64,000 nt of DNA from a virus (taxonomy: Duplodnaviria > Caudoviricetes). Where the stretch lies: the IMG/VR virus record IMGVR_UViG_3300039140_000101, positions 27,927 through 91,926 of that record. One strand, 5' to 3'. Positions 48,592 to 58,584 of the stretch are shown here, piece after piece. Position numbers and translations under genes: made by a program. Under the pieces are notes generated by a model. That model was not told the origin of the DNA. It saw nothing but the letters and a program-made list of their open reading frames with translations, and searched no databases. Each line of letters starts with the position of its first letter. Position 1 is the stretch's first letter.

Positions 48592-51500
48592 TAAATGCCT
48601 CCCAATTCTTTTATTTTATCAATAAAATTTTTGATACTATCGTTAAATAATATTTTGTTTGATGGATTATGCAACACAGAAGAAGGATGAATGCACCAAC
48701 AAAAGTGCGTCTGATATGTTTCGTTCCATTCTATCTTACCAGATAGGTCTATAATGCCTGATTCCTTATGCTTGAATGCTCTTAACGATGTGTTCCCAAA
48801 GGCAAGGATAATTGCAGGCTTCAAATATTTAATTTCGGCGTCAATCCACTTCTTGCACTTTGTAATATGCTCTTGGGTGGGTGTTTTTATGTTCCCTGGA
48901 TAGCATTTGCATACATTAGTGATATGAAAATCATTTCTTGTAAATCCGTACTGTTTTATAGCAGGCCATAAAATGTCTCTACCAGATCGCCCTACAAACC
49001 CGACACCTCTATCATCTTCATCTTTGCCCGGTGCTTCTCCACAAATCATAATATTGAAAATGCCCGGTGATGGTAAAACTGGTGCGGAGCATTCGGTACA
49101 CAGTTCACATTTTTCACAAGATAAAATTCTTTCGTTGGGTTGTATTGAACGTTGCATGATTGACCCATGATATTTTTTTGGTGGTTTTACATTGGAAATA
49201 GAAAATGAAAAATAATCAGAGACATTATCTTCTGGTTCATTTCCGTATGCACCAATTGTATATAAAATCTTTTCGATTTTTGTTTTCTTTTCAGGACTCG
49301 AATTAGTATCTTTTGTTTCAAAGAATCCTTTTTGTTTCTGCTGTTTTGTTTTGATCTTGGTACATTCTTCCGCTGTCTTTTCTCCAATGCCTTTGATTTC
49401 CACAAAAGGAACATAAAGTTTATTATCTTTAGCAATCCATTTGAAGGCATCAGAAATACCCACTTTCGGTAGTATCAAAGTTAGCCCTAATCTTTTTGAT
49501 TCTTCAATCAGCTCTTCTTTTTTCGATTCTGCTCCGTGTATCAAATTGGCACAAATAAATTCTGTCGGGTAATAGTATTTAACATAGGCACAATAGTATC
49601 CTATGATGGCATATTCTGTTGAGTGGGACTTATTGAAACTGTAATGGCCGTGAGCTTGCAACGCTTCCCAAAAATCTTCTGCCTCTTTTTTATTCAGTGT
49701 CTTTTGTTTCAGACATCCTTCAATAAAAGCCTTTTTGAAGGGTACAAAAAGTTTTGTATCTTGTTTTTTAGCGATGATTTTTCTGATTTTATCTGCTGTA
49801 GAATATGATAGACCGGCTACCTCATGAATTACGTTCATGACTTGTTCCTGATAGATCATAACTCCGTAGGTGGATTTCATTATTTTTTCATACGTCGGAT
49901 GTTTCTTTTTCCATGGTTTACCATTTCGGCGTTTAACATAAAGGTCTGACATTCCTGCATCCATCGCCCCCGGTCGGACTAAAGCAATTACATCACTCAA
50001 TAACTCGATTGAATCAGGCATAACTTCTTTTGCCATTTTAGTGGTCACCCAAGTATTGATTTGGAACACACCTACATTATTGCCTACCGATATTTCACGG
50101 TAGACATTTTGATCATCTAGAGGGATTTTTTCATAATTAATTTCAACGCCATGATTTTGTTTGATCAGGCTTTTTGTCTCGTTGAGAATGGATAATGTGT
50201 TTAGACCAAGGACATCGAGTTTCATTAAGCCCATATATTCGGAATCTTCCATATCCCAGTTTGAAACAATCATATTGTTGCGGTTAACCAGATTGCCTTT
50301 TGTCCCTTTTCTTAAATCATCGGCAGAAATAACAACCGCTGCGGCATGTTGGCCATTGCCACGGATAGTGCCTTCTAAAATAATTGCATGATCACAAACG
50401 TTGGGGTACTTATTGTCAAAAACTCTGCCGATTTCTGTTTTTGTACATGCCTCTTCGATACTATTTTCTTCTTCATAAACAATAGATTTGGCAAATTCAT
50501 CGACTTCTTTAAGAGGCACATTAAAGACCCTGCCGACATCTCTTATTGCTGCTTTTCCTTTCATGGATAGAAATGTAGAAATAGATGCTATGTTATTTTT
50601 ACCATAAAGTTCTTCAAGATGTTCACGGACAAAGTGCCTTTTGGAATCCTCAAAATCAAGGTCAATATCAGGCAAATCATTTCTGTCTTCAGCGATAAAT
50701 CTTGAAAACAACAGGTCATAACGCAAAGGGTCAACTGCAGTAATATTTAACAAATAAGCAACCAAAGATCCGCCTACCGAATTATGAACAAATACTCCTG
50801 AGGACAATGCAAAATTATGATATTTTTCTACCTCAATATCATACATATTACATATTTTATTTATAATTTTAATTGAAATCACTTTATGATTTAAAAATTT
50901 CCCGTTAATTAATTTTTTGCCTTTATTCCATACTGGTTTTCCTTTTTTAGATGCTGATATTTTTTTACAGGTTTCCTCTGAAACTATCCGTCCTGTCATC
51001 CTTTTTTTTATTTGTTGTTTTTCTTGAATGCCTTTTTCTGTCTTAAAATATCTTTTTCTGCCAATGGATACTTTTTCTCTATGTTCTTTTGTTTTATTCC
51101 TTTCAATTATTTCATCTCTTCTTTCAAAATTATGTATTTTAGTATGTTCCCCTTTTAATATTTGTTCAAGATTTTCAGGACAATTATCTAATTTATTAAA
51201 ATTTTTATGATGTACAATGTATTTTCTTTTTTTATCAAAAAGCATGTATTGAGTTAATTTTCTTCTATTACCCATTAAATCAAAATATTCTTCATACCCG
51301 TCTTTGTTATTGTAATAACGATATAAAGGCATCAAACTATCACCAACCAATAATTTATCTGCTCTTTTGTATTTTCCTTTCCTCATTAAAAATCTATGAT
51401 CTAAAGTACATTTAATTTCCTCATTATTATCTAATTTCACTATACATATTTTATCTACTTTTTTTGTAATTCTTGGATTTTTTGCTTTACCAACAACGAT

Positions 51501-52709
51501 TTTGCCATCTTTAGTACAAGAATAGACATCAAACTTTTTATCTTTATATTTAGTTGTTAGTTCTTTAAAAGACATTTCAGTTCCATTAAGAAGAGACACT
51601 TTTGTATCACCAGTAAAACATCCTCTGCCCGGTCCGACCATGATTTCATTTTCTCTGCACCACTTAACAAGATCAAATACAATCATAAAATAGGGTATGA
51701 AATTTTTTGTTTCAATCAAATCGAACTCGGCATCAAGTCGGTTGAGGTATGCTTCATAGGGTGCAAATTGTTCTATACGCTTCAGTTGTTTATGGCATTT
51801 GTTGTATAAAAATTTTGATATTTCATCTTCATTATTCAGATTATAACCAGGGACTTTGGGCAGGTAAATGGATTGCTTTTTGATTTCAAATTCTGCACAT
51901 TTTTCTGCCACTTCAATTGTATTAATCATGGCCTTATTGATTTGACTATCCGAAAGCGTATCTTGTTTAATGAAGGCGTCTATCATTTCATCGGCTGTTT
52001 TTAAGTGCAACCCAGTCACATTAAATTCCCACCGATTAGGGTCGTCCCACTTTGCTTTGCTTTGTATTGCCAATAATACCTCTTGAGTTACAGAATGTTC
52101 TTTTTCAATATAATGGCAATCATTAGTGGCGACTGTTTTTAAGCCGGTTTCGTTTTTAATGTCAAGCAAAATCTTGTTGAGTTCTTTTTGTTTTTTGAAA
52201 TTATGCGGCATGAGTTCAAGATAGAGGTCGTCTTTGATCTTTTTATGTAAGTCATAAAACAAATCAATTCCGCCTTCATGATTCAAAAAGGATTCTGAAC
52301 ATCCTGATAAAATCACCAGACCTTTACAATTATCATACAGTAAATCATAATCAATTCGTGGCCGGTGATAAAACCCTTCAAGATTTGCCATACTTAACAT
52401 CTTGCAGAGATTTTCAAACCCTTGTTGGCTTTTAATGAGTAGAGTGACATGACCTCTTTTTTCACCCTTCTCTTTTTTATTGAGATTGGGAACAATATAT
52501 GCTTCGCAACCCAGTATTGGTTTGATATTATTTTCTTTACAAGCTCTTTGGAATTTGATCAGGCCGTCAATGTTGCCATGATTTGTAAGACTTAAATACC
52601 TGAACTCTATTTCCCTTGCTTTTTTCGCGTATTGATTTGCAGTTCCTAACCCATCCAATATCGAGTACTCGTTATGGACATGAAGGTGACAAAAATATTT
52701 ATTTTTCAT
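48591..52709 (-). CDS. dnaE: DNA polymerase III alpha with intein and C-terminal family-4 uracil-DNA glycosylase domain
   Basis: PHP HLHVH.EYS.LDG, GPGRG|S, PDIDLDF, KLDVLGL, FNKSH; GEAPG...HPS UDG. Confidence 0.95.
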   Translation of the reverse strand: MKNKYFCHLHVHNEYSILDGLGTANQYAKKAREIEFRYLSLTNHGNIDGLIKFQRACKENNIKPILGCEAYIVPNLNKKEKGEKRGHVTLLIKSQQGFENLCKMLSMANLEGFYHRPRIDYDLLYDNCKGLVILSGCSESFLNHEGGIDLFYDLHKKIKDDLYLELMPHNFKKQKELNKILLDIKNETGLKTVATNDCHYIEKEHSVTQEVLLAIQSKAKWDDPNRWEFNVTGLHLKTADEMIDAFIKQDTLSDSQINKAMINTIEVAEKCAEFEIKKQSIYLPKVPGYNLNNEDEISKFLYNKCHKQLKRIEQFAPYEAYLNRLDAEFDLIETKNFIPYFMIVFDLVKWCRENEIMVGPGRGCFTGDTKVSLLNGTEMSFKELTTKYKDKKFDVYSCTKDGKIVVGKAKNPRITKKVDKICIVKLDNNEEIKCTLDHRFLMRKGKYKRADKLLVGDSLMPLYRYYNNKDGYEEYFDLMGNRRKLTQYMLFDKKRKYIVHHKNFNKLDNCPENLEQILKGEHTKIHNFERRDEIIERNKTKEHREKVSIGRKRYFKTEKGIQEKQQIKKRMTGRIVSEETCKKISASKKGKPVWNKGKKLINGKFLNHKVISIKIINKICNMYDIEVEKYHNFALSSGVFVHNSVGGSLVAYLLNITAVDPLRYDLLFSRFIAEDRNDLPDIDLDFEDSKRHFVREHLEELYGKNNIASISTFLSMKGKAAIRDVGRVFNVPLKEVDEFAKSIVYEEENSIEEACTKTEIGRVFDNKYPNVCDHAIILEGTIRGNGQHAAAVVISADDLRKGTKGNLVNRNNMIVSNWDMEDSEYMGLMKLDVLGLNTLSILNETKSLIKQNHGVEINYEKIPLDDQNVYREISVGNNVGVFQINTWVTTKMAKEVMPDSIELLSDVIALVRPGAMDAGMSDLYVKRRNGKPWKKKHPTYEKIMKSTYGVMIYQEQVMNVIHEVAGLSYSTADKIRKIIAKKQDTKLFVPFKKAFIEGCLKQKTLNKKEAEDFWEALQAHGHYSFNKSHSTEYAIIGYYCAYVKYYYPTEFICANLIHGAESKKEELIEESKRLGLTLILPKVGISDAFKWIAKDNKLYVPFVEIKGIGEKTAEECTKIKTKQQKQKGFFETKDTNSSPEKKTKIEKILYTIGAYGNEPEDNVSDYFSFSISNVKPPKKYHGSIMQRSIQPNERILSCEKCELCTECSAPVLPSPGIFNIMICGEAPGKDEDDRGVGFVGRSGRDILWPAIKQYGFTRNDFHITNVCKCYPGNIKTPTQEHITKCKKWIDAEIKYLKPAIILAFGNTSLRAFKHKESGIIDLSGKIEWNETYQTHFCWCIHPSSVLHNPSNKILFNDSIKNFIDKIKELGGI
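50781..51620 (-). mobile_element. Intein (280 aa) with HNH-type endonuclease in DnaE
   Basis: GPGRG|CFTGDT...TLDHRF...VHHKNFNKLDN...FVHN|SVGGS. Confidence 0.9.
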
Positions 52710-53500
52710 GCGGCTACCCTTATTTCTTCTTCTTTATATTTTAATCTCACTATTGTAGTATAGGTTTTTTCCCAGAACTTTCGGTTATGATTTGCCTTAC
52801 TATTGCAAACACAACATAGAGTTATTAAATTTAAATCCGAACAATTGTCTTTGAAATAATCTATGTGGTGAACAGAGAGTATTTTAGTTTTACCTGAACA
52901 ATTTGGATTTTGGCATTCGTTGTTGTCCCTTTTTATTATTCTTTGCCTTAATTTCTTTGTCCATATTGAAGGATAAGGAAGAAAAGATGCTCCGTTTTTC
53001 CAATTTGGGTTTTGTTCTCTATTATGATCGTGTTTTCCTTTCCCAGAGATGCTCCGTTTTTTACAAGTTTCTTCTGATTGCTTTCTTCCCTTATTTTTCT
53101 TAGAAGCTATTTGAAGAGATTGTTTTGCTTTATCAATTCTTTGTTTTCTTCTTTTTTTTGGCATATTATCCCACAATTGTTGAATTGTTTTTCTTCTTTT
53201 TTCAATAGTGGTCTCGGATTGTTTTCTCCCAATCATTTTATTTTTTTTCTTCTCTATCGTTTCTAAAGATTGTTTTCTTCCGGTTGCTTTGATTCTTATT
53301 TTTTGTAATGTTTCTTCCGAATATATACCAGTTTTCCCTTTATTCCAAGGGATCTTACCTTTAGCATTTTGAGGAGGATTAAGTTTGCAATAATGCCCTT
53401 TTAAATAATTAGGAATACCATAATATTTATGGTATGGTTTTATAATTATTTGCTGCCCACAGCCACAATTACAAAGATAAACCTTTTTGTTGTTTTTCAT
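52706..53500 (-). CDS. Free-standing HNH homing endonuclease with NUMOD3 repeats
   Basis: CNCGCG, SEET repeats, RD..CQ..C, VHHIDY..NLITLC..CN. Confidence 0.85.
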   Translation of the reverse strand: MKNNKKVYLCNCGCGQQIIIKPYHKYYGIPNYLKGHYCKLNPPQNAKGKIPWNKGKTGIYSEETLQKIRIKATGRKQSLETIEKKKNKMIGRKQSETTIEKRRKTIQQLWDNMPKKRRKQRIDKAKQSLQIASKKNKGRKQSEETCKKRSISGKGKHDHNREQNPNWKNGASFLPYPSIWTKKLRQRIIKRDNNECQNPNCSGKTKILSVHHIDYFKDNCSDLNLITLCCVCNSKANHNRKFWEKTYTTIVRLKYKEEEIRVAA

Positions 53501-54519
53501 TTCACCACCAACGATATAATATGTTTGAAATGCTGGTCTGTAAATAGGATTTTCCCGTCCCCCAAAAACATTGATGCAGTATGATCCAAAATTTTCATGA
53601 GGAACAAAGGGTTGATGATAAATTCTATTGGTTCACCATCATACTCAATCTTGCCTGTATTGGTAATCCACCCTCTTGCGTTCTGCCCTTTGCATGATAA
53701 CTGATTGGACTCGATTTTGACAGTGATTTCTTTTTCCAAGTCAAAGTCACCAACTGCCAGTACAGATACCATTTCAATCATCTGTTTGGTATTTTTGGGC
53801 AGTGTGATTTCCACTTTCTCAAATCCTTTTAAAAATTTTGAGTAATCAGGAAACTTGTCTATGATAATCATGCAACAAAAGATGGCGTTTTGTTTATTGA
53901 TAAAATATGCCCATGACTTTTCGATGTAAAATTTCAGTGGTTCAAATTTTACTAATTCCACAATTGATGTGGCCGGTACAATGATTTCGTCATTATCAAT
54001 TCCGGAGGCCATCTTATACTCACTAATCCTGAACCCGTCGGTCGATGCAATATAATCACCATCAATCAGGACTCCTGTCAATGCCGGTCGTGTGGCGTCT
54101 TTCGATGTGGAGAACATACACATCGTGATTGCTTCCACAAAATCTTTTGGAAGCTTCTGTGACTTTTTAAGGCTTTTGTTATAGGATAAGAGATTTGCAC
54201 GCTCCAAGATTTGGTCACCAGTATCTGTGGCCAGTGACGCTTTGATTTTCTTCCCCTTGATAGAAATATTTTTATCCACCAAGGATACATCCAAAGTATC
54301 ATCATCAGTACTGGAAATGATTTTATAAAGTTCTTCTGATGGAACCGAACAGGAAAAATCTGTTTCAAATGGATAAACAACACAAATCCGATCATTGTAG
54401 GTCAGGATAGATTCGCCAGTAAAAATGAAATGCGTTGCCTGTTCCACAATATCCTTTTTGGCGAGACCACTTTTGACTGCTTCCAAGGCATTTAAAAATT
54501 CCATTTTGTTAATTTTCAT
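53497..54519 (-). CDS. dnaN: Sliding clamp, DnaN-like
   Basis: RPALTGV, STDGFR, FPDY, INP.FL; next to dnaE. Confidence 0.8.
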   Translation of the reverse strand: MKINKMEFLNALEAVKSGLAKKDIVEQATHFIFTGESILTYNDRICVVYPFETDFSCSVPSEELYKIISSTDDDTLDVSLVDKNISIKGKKIKASLATDTGDQILERANLLSYNKSLKKSQKLPKDFVEAITMCMFSTSKDATRPALTGVLIDGDYIASTDGFRISEYKMASGIDNDEIIVPATSIVELVKFEPLKFYIEKSWAYFINKQNAIFCCMIIIDKFPDYSKFLKGFEKVEITLPKNTKQMIEMVSVLAVGDFDLEKEITVKIESNQLSCKGQNARGWITNTGKIEYDGEPIEFIINPLFLMKILDHTASMFLGDGKILFTDQHFKHIISLVVK

Positions 54520-54701
54520 TTTGTTTTCTCCTTTTTTTTATTTTCATTTCTTATCTCCTCTACGATAATTTTGTACGATTGTTTTCTGAATGGTGTCGGG
54601 CCTACTGTCAAATCATAATATGAAAATAACAGATTGGGTGACTTCATGTGGTCAATACACCCCATTGCATCAATTCCAACGGCTGCAAAATATACCCTCA
54701 C
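54516..54701 (-). CDS. Mini-protein D (DpdA N-terminal-module-like)
   Basis: MRVYFAA...LLFSYYD. Confidence 0.65.
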   Translation of the reverse strand: MRVYFAAVGIDAMGCIDHMKSPNLLFSYYDLTVGPTPFRKQSYKIIVEEIRNENKKKEKTK

Positions 54702-54862
54702 GATTTTTTACCTATACCCGTCTTTGCATATCGCTTAATATAATTCGGATCGTTTTTGATTTCCCTCAAGAAGTAGTAAGACATTAGCCTATACCTTGCC
54801 TCCTGATTTGTTAACGATACTGCCTGATTTTCTTCAAGCCACGTGGCTAAAAAAATTCGCAC
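54698..54862 (-). CDS. Mini-protein C (DpdA N-terminal-module-like), 54 aa, absent from ORF track
   Basis: GTG start, GAGGAGG SD; MRIFLAT...RLMSYYF; GTGA overlap with next gene. Confidence 0.6.
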   Translation of the reverse strand: MRIFLATWLEENQAVSLTNQEARYRLMSYYFLREIKNDPNYIKRYAKTGIGKKS

Positions 54863-55307
54863 GCTTCCCTCCTCTTTTTGCGATTACCCGACCTATGTCG
54901 GTATTCATAAATTCTTCTTTTGGTATTACCCCAACACGACCAAGATCCAAGCGATCGGCATCCCAACATGTTGCAATATGGATATTATCTGTATTGATAA
55001 CATGTGTGTGATAACGAATTGCTTCCAAAAGGTATAAAAAATATTCGTCCGAAAGGTTTGGCAAATAAGACCTCATAGATGCAACCCATCTAGCGGCCCT
55101 TTTCCCATGATTGTAATCTCCATCATCATTTAAACGGCAACTGTCATGAAACAAAGCGAAGAGTTCAACCACCTCAACATTTGCTCCAGTTTCTTTGGCC
55201 ATAATAAGGCCGTTTTCACAGACTCGTCTCCAATGGGTAAGACCATGAATTATTGATTCTGCCCTCCTCATTTTAGATACCATTTCCCAAAGTTCATTGT
55301 ATTTCAT
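54834..55307 (-). CDS. HD-domain phosphohydrolase
   Basis: HG..HW.RV, FHD, HG, DADRLD. Confidence 0.85.
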   Translation of the reverse strand: MKYNELWEMVSKMRRAESIIHGLTHWRRVCENGLIMAKETGANVEVVELFALFHDSCRLNDDGDYNHGKRAARWVASMRSYLPNLSDEYFLYLLEAIRYHTHVINTDNIHIATCWDADRLDLGRVGVIPKEEFMNTDIGRVIAKRGGKRANFFSHVA

Positions 55308-55477
55308 TTTTTCTTCCTCTTCTTTTTTGCTTTGCCAAACTCTTCAAATCGATTTTCTGCCCCATATCCTCTTGTATTGTCTATTAGATCAATATAGGAA
55401 AAGAGCCGTGAAGCTTTTTTCTTAATAAAGTTCCCTTCCAATTCTTTACTGACTACGCCTGCAAAATATACTTTCAT
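55304..55477 (-). CDS. Mini-protein B (DpdA N-terminal-module-like), 57 aa, absent from ORF track
   Basis: MKVYFAG...RLFSYID; ATGA overlaps at both ends. Confidence 0.65.
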   Translation of the reverse strand: MKVYFAGVVSKELEGNFIKKKASRLFSYIDLIDNTRGYGAENRFEEFGKAKKKRKKK

Positions 55478-55632
55478 TTTTTAATTTTCAGTAGTTCCTG
55501 AAATTCCTTTTTACCATCTTCAGTGGATATGTCATAATAGGAGATTAATTTTTGTTTCATACCGGCTTTAATCCATTGCCTTAACCGGTTTATGTTGCTG
55601 ATTCCTGATAACCCAGCAAAGTAAATCTTCAC
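55474..55632 (-). CDS. Mini-protein A (DpdA N-terminal-module-like), 52 aa, absent from ORF track
   Basis: MKIYFAG...KLISYYD; GTGA overlap with dpdA stop. Confidence 0.65.
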   Translation of the reverse strand: MKIYFAGLSGISNINRLRQWIKAGMKQKLISYYDISTEDGKKEFQELLKIKK

Positions 55633-56624
55633 AGGTCAAATCCCTTATTGGATTTTACTTTAAATGGCCACGGCCATTTGGGCAGACTGCGTTCAAGGTC
55701 GAGAAAATATATGATGTTCAATTCATCACGCAATCTGTAATCGTTTGATAATCCCGGTTCTATTATGATCTCCACAAGATCTTTCATGGCAAGTTTGTCA
55801 GGTGGGACATACTTCCCGAGATTTTCAATCAGGTCTCTGCAAGCTTCGGCATCAATACTGTTCACCCATCTTTCACCGTCTTTCAGTTTGTATTTCTTTC
55901 GATCTTCTTTACGATACTCAGATCTGCCTACAGCAAAACCTTTTTCGTCAAAATATTTCAATATTTGTTTTTGTTCCATTGGACTGAAAGTGGTAAAATG
56001 CTGGCCGTCGTCTTTTTGAGACGGTGATTGGTTGGAAATGGTTACTTTTAATGAATTTTCGTTATAGACATATTGGCCTCTCCTAAATTTTGGGACATAG
56101 ACTCCACCAAATCTTCCGGTCTGAACCCATGATGTTGAGTCAACGCTCCACCACGGATATCGCCACATCAGGTCCAAAGAAGTCATTGCAAAACCATGAA
56201 CTTTTACTTTAGGCATACCATCACGATCACAAATATGGTCACTCCATGCTGGGTCTGCCCACTGATAATATTTTTGCTTTGTAAAGAATTGGCCTAATCC
56301 ACCCAACCCAATATATTCACAACCCATGTCAATATATTGGTCAATCCATTTATGATCTTCTCCCGGATGGACAACGCCGATTGGCTTCAATCCTTGCTTA
56401 ACCATATATTTGTAATTTTTCATTGACCTGACTGGGTCGTTAATAACATCAAGGTTAACATAGACATCAATGACCTCTTCATTCTCTTTAATAAATTCAA
56501 TGTAATTTTTAAAGTATTTGTCATACTCCTTTTCATTGAAAGTATTATTCTGTAACATGAGTTTCATATATAAAGAGTGGGCACCCGAATCCAAAAACAA
56601 AGTTACTTCTTTTTTCTGTTTCAT
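55629..56624 (-). CDS. dpdA: DpdA-like DNA 7-deazaguanine transglycosylase (TGT fold)
   Basis: LFLDSGA, LDVI, PIGVVH, YIGLGG, KVHGFA, SVDSTSW; que/folE context. Confidence 0.8.
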   Translation of the reverse strand: MKQKKEVTLFLDSGAHSLYMKLMLQNNTFNEKEYDKYFKNYIEFIKENEEVIDVYVNLDVINDPVRSMKNYKYMVKQGLKPIGVVHPGEDHKWIDQYIDMGCEYIGLGGLGQFFTKQKYYQWADPAWSDHICDRDGMPKVKVHGFAMTSLDLMWRYPWWSVDSTSWVQTGRFGGVYVPKFRRGQYVYNENSLKVTISNQSPSQKDDGQHFTTFSPMEQKQILKYFDEKGFAVGRSEYRKEDRKKYKLKDGERWVNSIDAEACRDLIENLGKYVPPDKLAMKDLVEIIIEPGLSNDYRLRDELNIIYFLDLERSLPKWPWPFKVKSNKGFDL

Positions 56625-56637
56625 AAGAACCTCTCTT

Positions 56638-57654
56638 TTAAAAAAACAACGCTTGTATTTTGTTAGCAATTCTTATTGCAGATTTGTCATACTGTTCTGC
56701 AATAAGAGACATGTTGACTGGGTTTTTTAAATATTTCCAAACCAATTCAACAGCCTCATCAATGGTATCGTATCTGAAACACTTCGGATACATTTCACAA
56801 TAGGAAAGCCTATCAGGGACCACAATTGCGTTGCCTAATGCAATACCCTCGAGCACGCCATATCCAAAATTTTCCTGATCGGCAGCGGAAAAGACTACTT
56901 TCGACTTTGCCAGAAGATCGAAATATTCATCTTTACTTAAATCCATGGTCATAGTTTTTAAAAATTGAACATTAGGTGAACGCATGGATATTATATCGGC
57001 GACATAATCAAAATCTTCCGGATGCTTTTCATCATCAAGACGGCTGTTGAAAACAACGATATCCTCTTTATGTTTACAGAGTTCAATCCGATGTTCATTG
57101 ACAATATCTTTTGTATCAAAAGGCAATCCGGTAACGAAAATTTTGTTGGGTTCATCCGAAACATTGCATCTTAATATTTCAGATTTGTGAAATTCTGACC
57201 CGACGAAAATCGCATCCACCATTTTGAACCAGCCCATCTCCACATAATGAGCCCAGTTTTTAAGTTGAGCAACATAGTCGGTAGTCGTCCATGATCCGGC
57301 ATGGAAAATTCCACAAATACTAATATCAATATTATGGAACATTGCCATGTAAGGAATAGCAATCAGGCCAGGGAACCATAAGTCACTGACAAAAAAGACA
57401 TCGCGATTTTTTACCTTGCCTTGTTGAAATGCCTGACATATTTTTTGTAGCTGACTGAACTTGAAAAAATTGGTTCCGTCGGAATCCAGAAAAGCACCTG
57501 TCTGGATAACTCCTTTTGTCAGGTCTTCTCCGACCACCTTAATAACGGAATCAATACCCACCTCTTCAAATGCGGCGTCAAGTTGCTTGTCCATCAGTTG
57601 GGTATACCTTTTATCAAGATATTCCAACGGCAAATACCAGAGATTTTTTTTCAT
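56638..57654 (-). CDS. GT-B (GT4-like) glycosyltransferase
   Basis: R...EKHP, QENFGYGVLEG, PDRLSY.EM. Confidence 0.85.
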   Translation of the reverse strand: MKKNLWYLPLEYLDKRYTQLMDKQLDAAFEEVGIDSVIKVVGEDLTKGVIQTGAFLDSDGTNFFKFSQLQKICQAFQQGKVKNRDVFFVSDLWFPGLIAIPYMAMFHNIDISICGIFHAGSWTTTDYVAQLKNWAHYVEMGWFKMVDAIFVGSEFHKSEILRCNVSDEPNKIFVTGLPFDTKDIVNEHRIELCKHKEDIVVFNSRLDDEKHPEDFDYVADIISMRSPNVQFLKTMTMDLSKDEYFDLLAKSKVVFSAADQENFGYGVLEGIALGNAIVVPDRLSYCEMYPKCFRYDTIDEAVELVWKYLKNPVNMSLIAEQYDKSAIRIANKIQALFF

Positions 57655-57983
57655 ATATACACCTTTACCCCGTTTTCATTATCTTCAAAAACAGATACAT
57701 ACCTGATAGGATATCCACCGTTAATGAAGTGAGCCAATATTTTGTTTGCCATAGACTCGCATGACGATCTCATTGGAAAGGGGTTTGCGACCAAATATAA
57801 ATCAATGAGCCTTTTGACTTGGAAAAATTCTAACTCTCTTTCCTCATGAGATACAAAAAATGCTGCCTCAACACAAAAGATATGACGATGTGGGTTCTTT
57901 AAAAAGCCCACATCATCAGGTGCTTCCGGCCAGCAATGAAACCCTTCAAATTGTGTGCGAACAATTATTTCAGTAGTAGACAT
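57651..57983 (-). CDS. QueD-paralogue T-fold enzyme, DpdL-like
   Basis: LKNPHRHIF (LxxxHRHxF), RELEF, SCE, EDNENG. Confidence 0.7.
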   Translation of the reverse strand: MSTTEIIVRTQFEGFHCWPEAPDDVGFLKNPHRHIFCVEAAFFVSHEERELEFFQVKRLIDLYLVANPFPMRSSCESMANKILAHFINGGYPIRYVSVFEDNENGVKVYI

Positions 57984-57984
57984 T

Positions 57985-58578
57985 TTACCCTCCAAATGTT
58001 CTTGACAATTTTATTAACTCCAACGCCTCAAGACGGGTATCAATGTTGGTTCTGAAACAACCCCTGGTAGCCGATGTAATCATTCCTGCTCCCATACCCG
58101 TTTTGACACCACGGCATGACATACATCCATGCACGGCACGCATGACCAACATAACACCTTTTGGCCTGATATGTTTGACCACGGCCTCAATAACTTCTAA
58201 AGAAAGGTTTTCTTGAAGCTGTGGTTTCTTTGAATAGAAGTTAATGATTCTACACGCTTTTGATGCACCCATCAATTTATGGTCAGGAACATAAAGCAAC
58301 CATGCAAGGCCAGGGAACGGCAAAAGGTGATGACTGCAAAGAGAAACAAAAGGAATATTGTCAAGCAATACGATTTCATCAAATCCTTTGTCGTTCGGGA
58401 ATGACTTAATAATTTTCTTTAAGACTTTGTCATCGACCTTGGCATTTAACATGAATTCCGTAGCGATCATTTTTGCAAATCGCTTTGGGGTCTCAGCAAG
58501 GTTTGGATCTGATAAATCCAGACCCAAACCTTGCTCCATTACGTCCTTAAATAACTTCTCCGTTTTTTTAAGGTCCAT
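57985..58578 (-). CDS. folE: GTP cyclohydrolase I
   Basis: ETPKR, SLCSHHLLPF, PQLQE, HGCMSCRGV. Confidence 0.95.
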   Translation of the reverse strand: MDLKKTEKLFKDVMEQGLGLDLSDPNLAETPKRFAKMIATEFMLNAKVDDKVLKKIIKSFPNDKGFDEIVLLDNIPFVSLCSHHLLPFPGLAWLLYVPDHKLMGASKACRIINFYSKKPQLQENLSLEVIEAVVKHIRPKGVMLVMRAVHGCMSCRGVKTGMGAGMITSATRGCFRTNIDTRLEALELIKLSRTFGG

Positions 58579-58584
58579 TGATTA

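Noticed and set aside
55629-56624. tRNA-guanine transglycosylase for queuosine
   Set aside because: Lacks the CxCxxC..H zinc site of Tgt; replication-module context and motifs fit DNA-acting DpdA.
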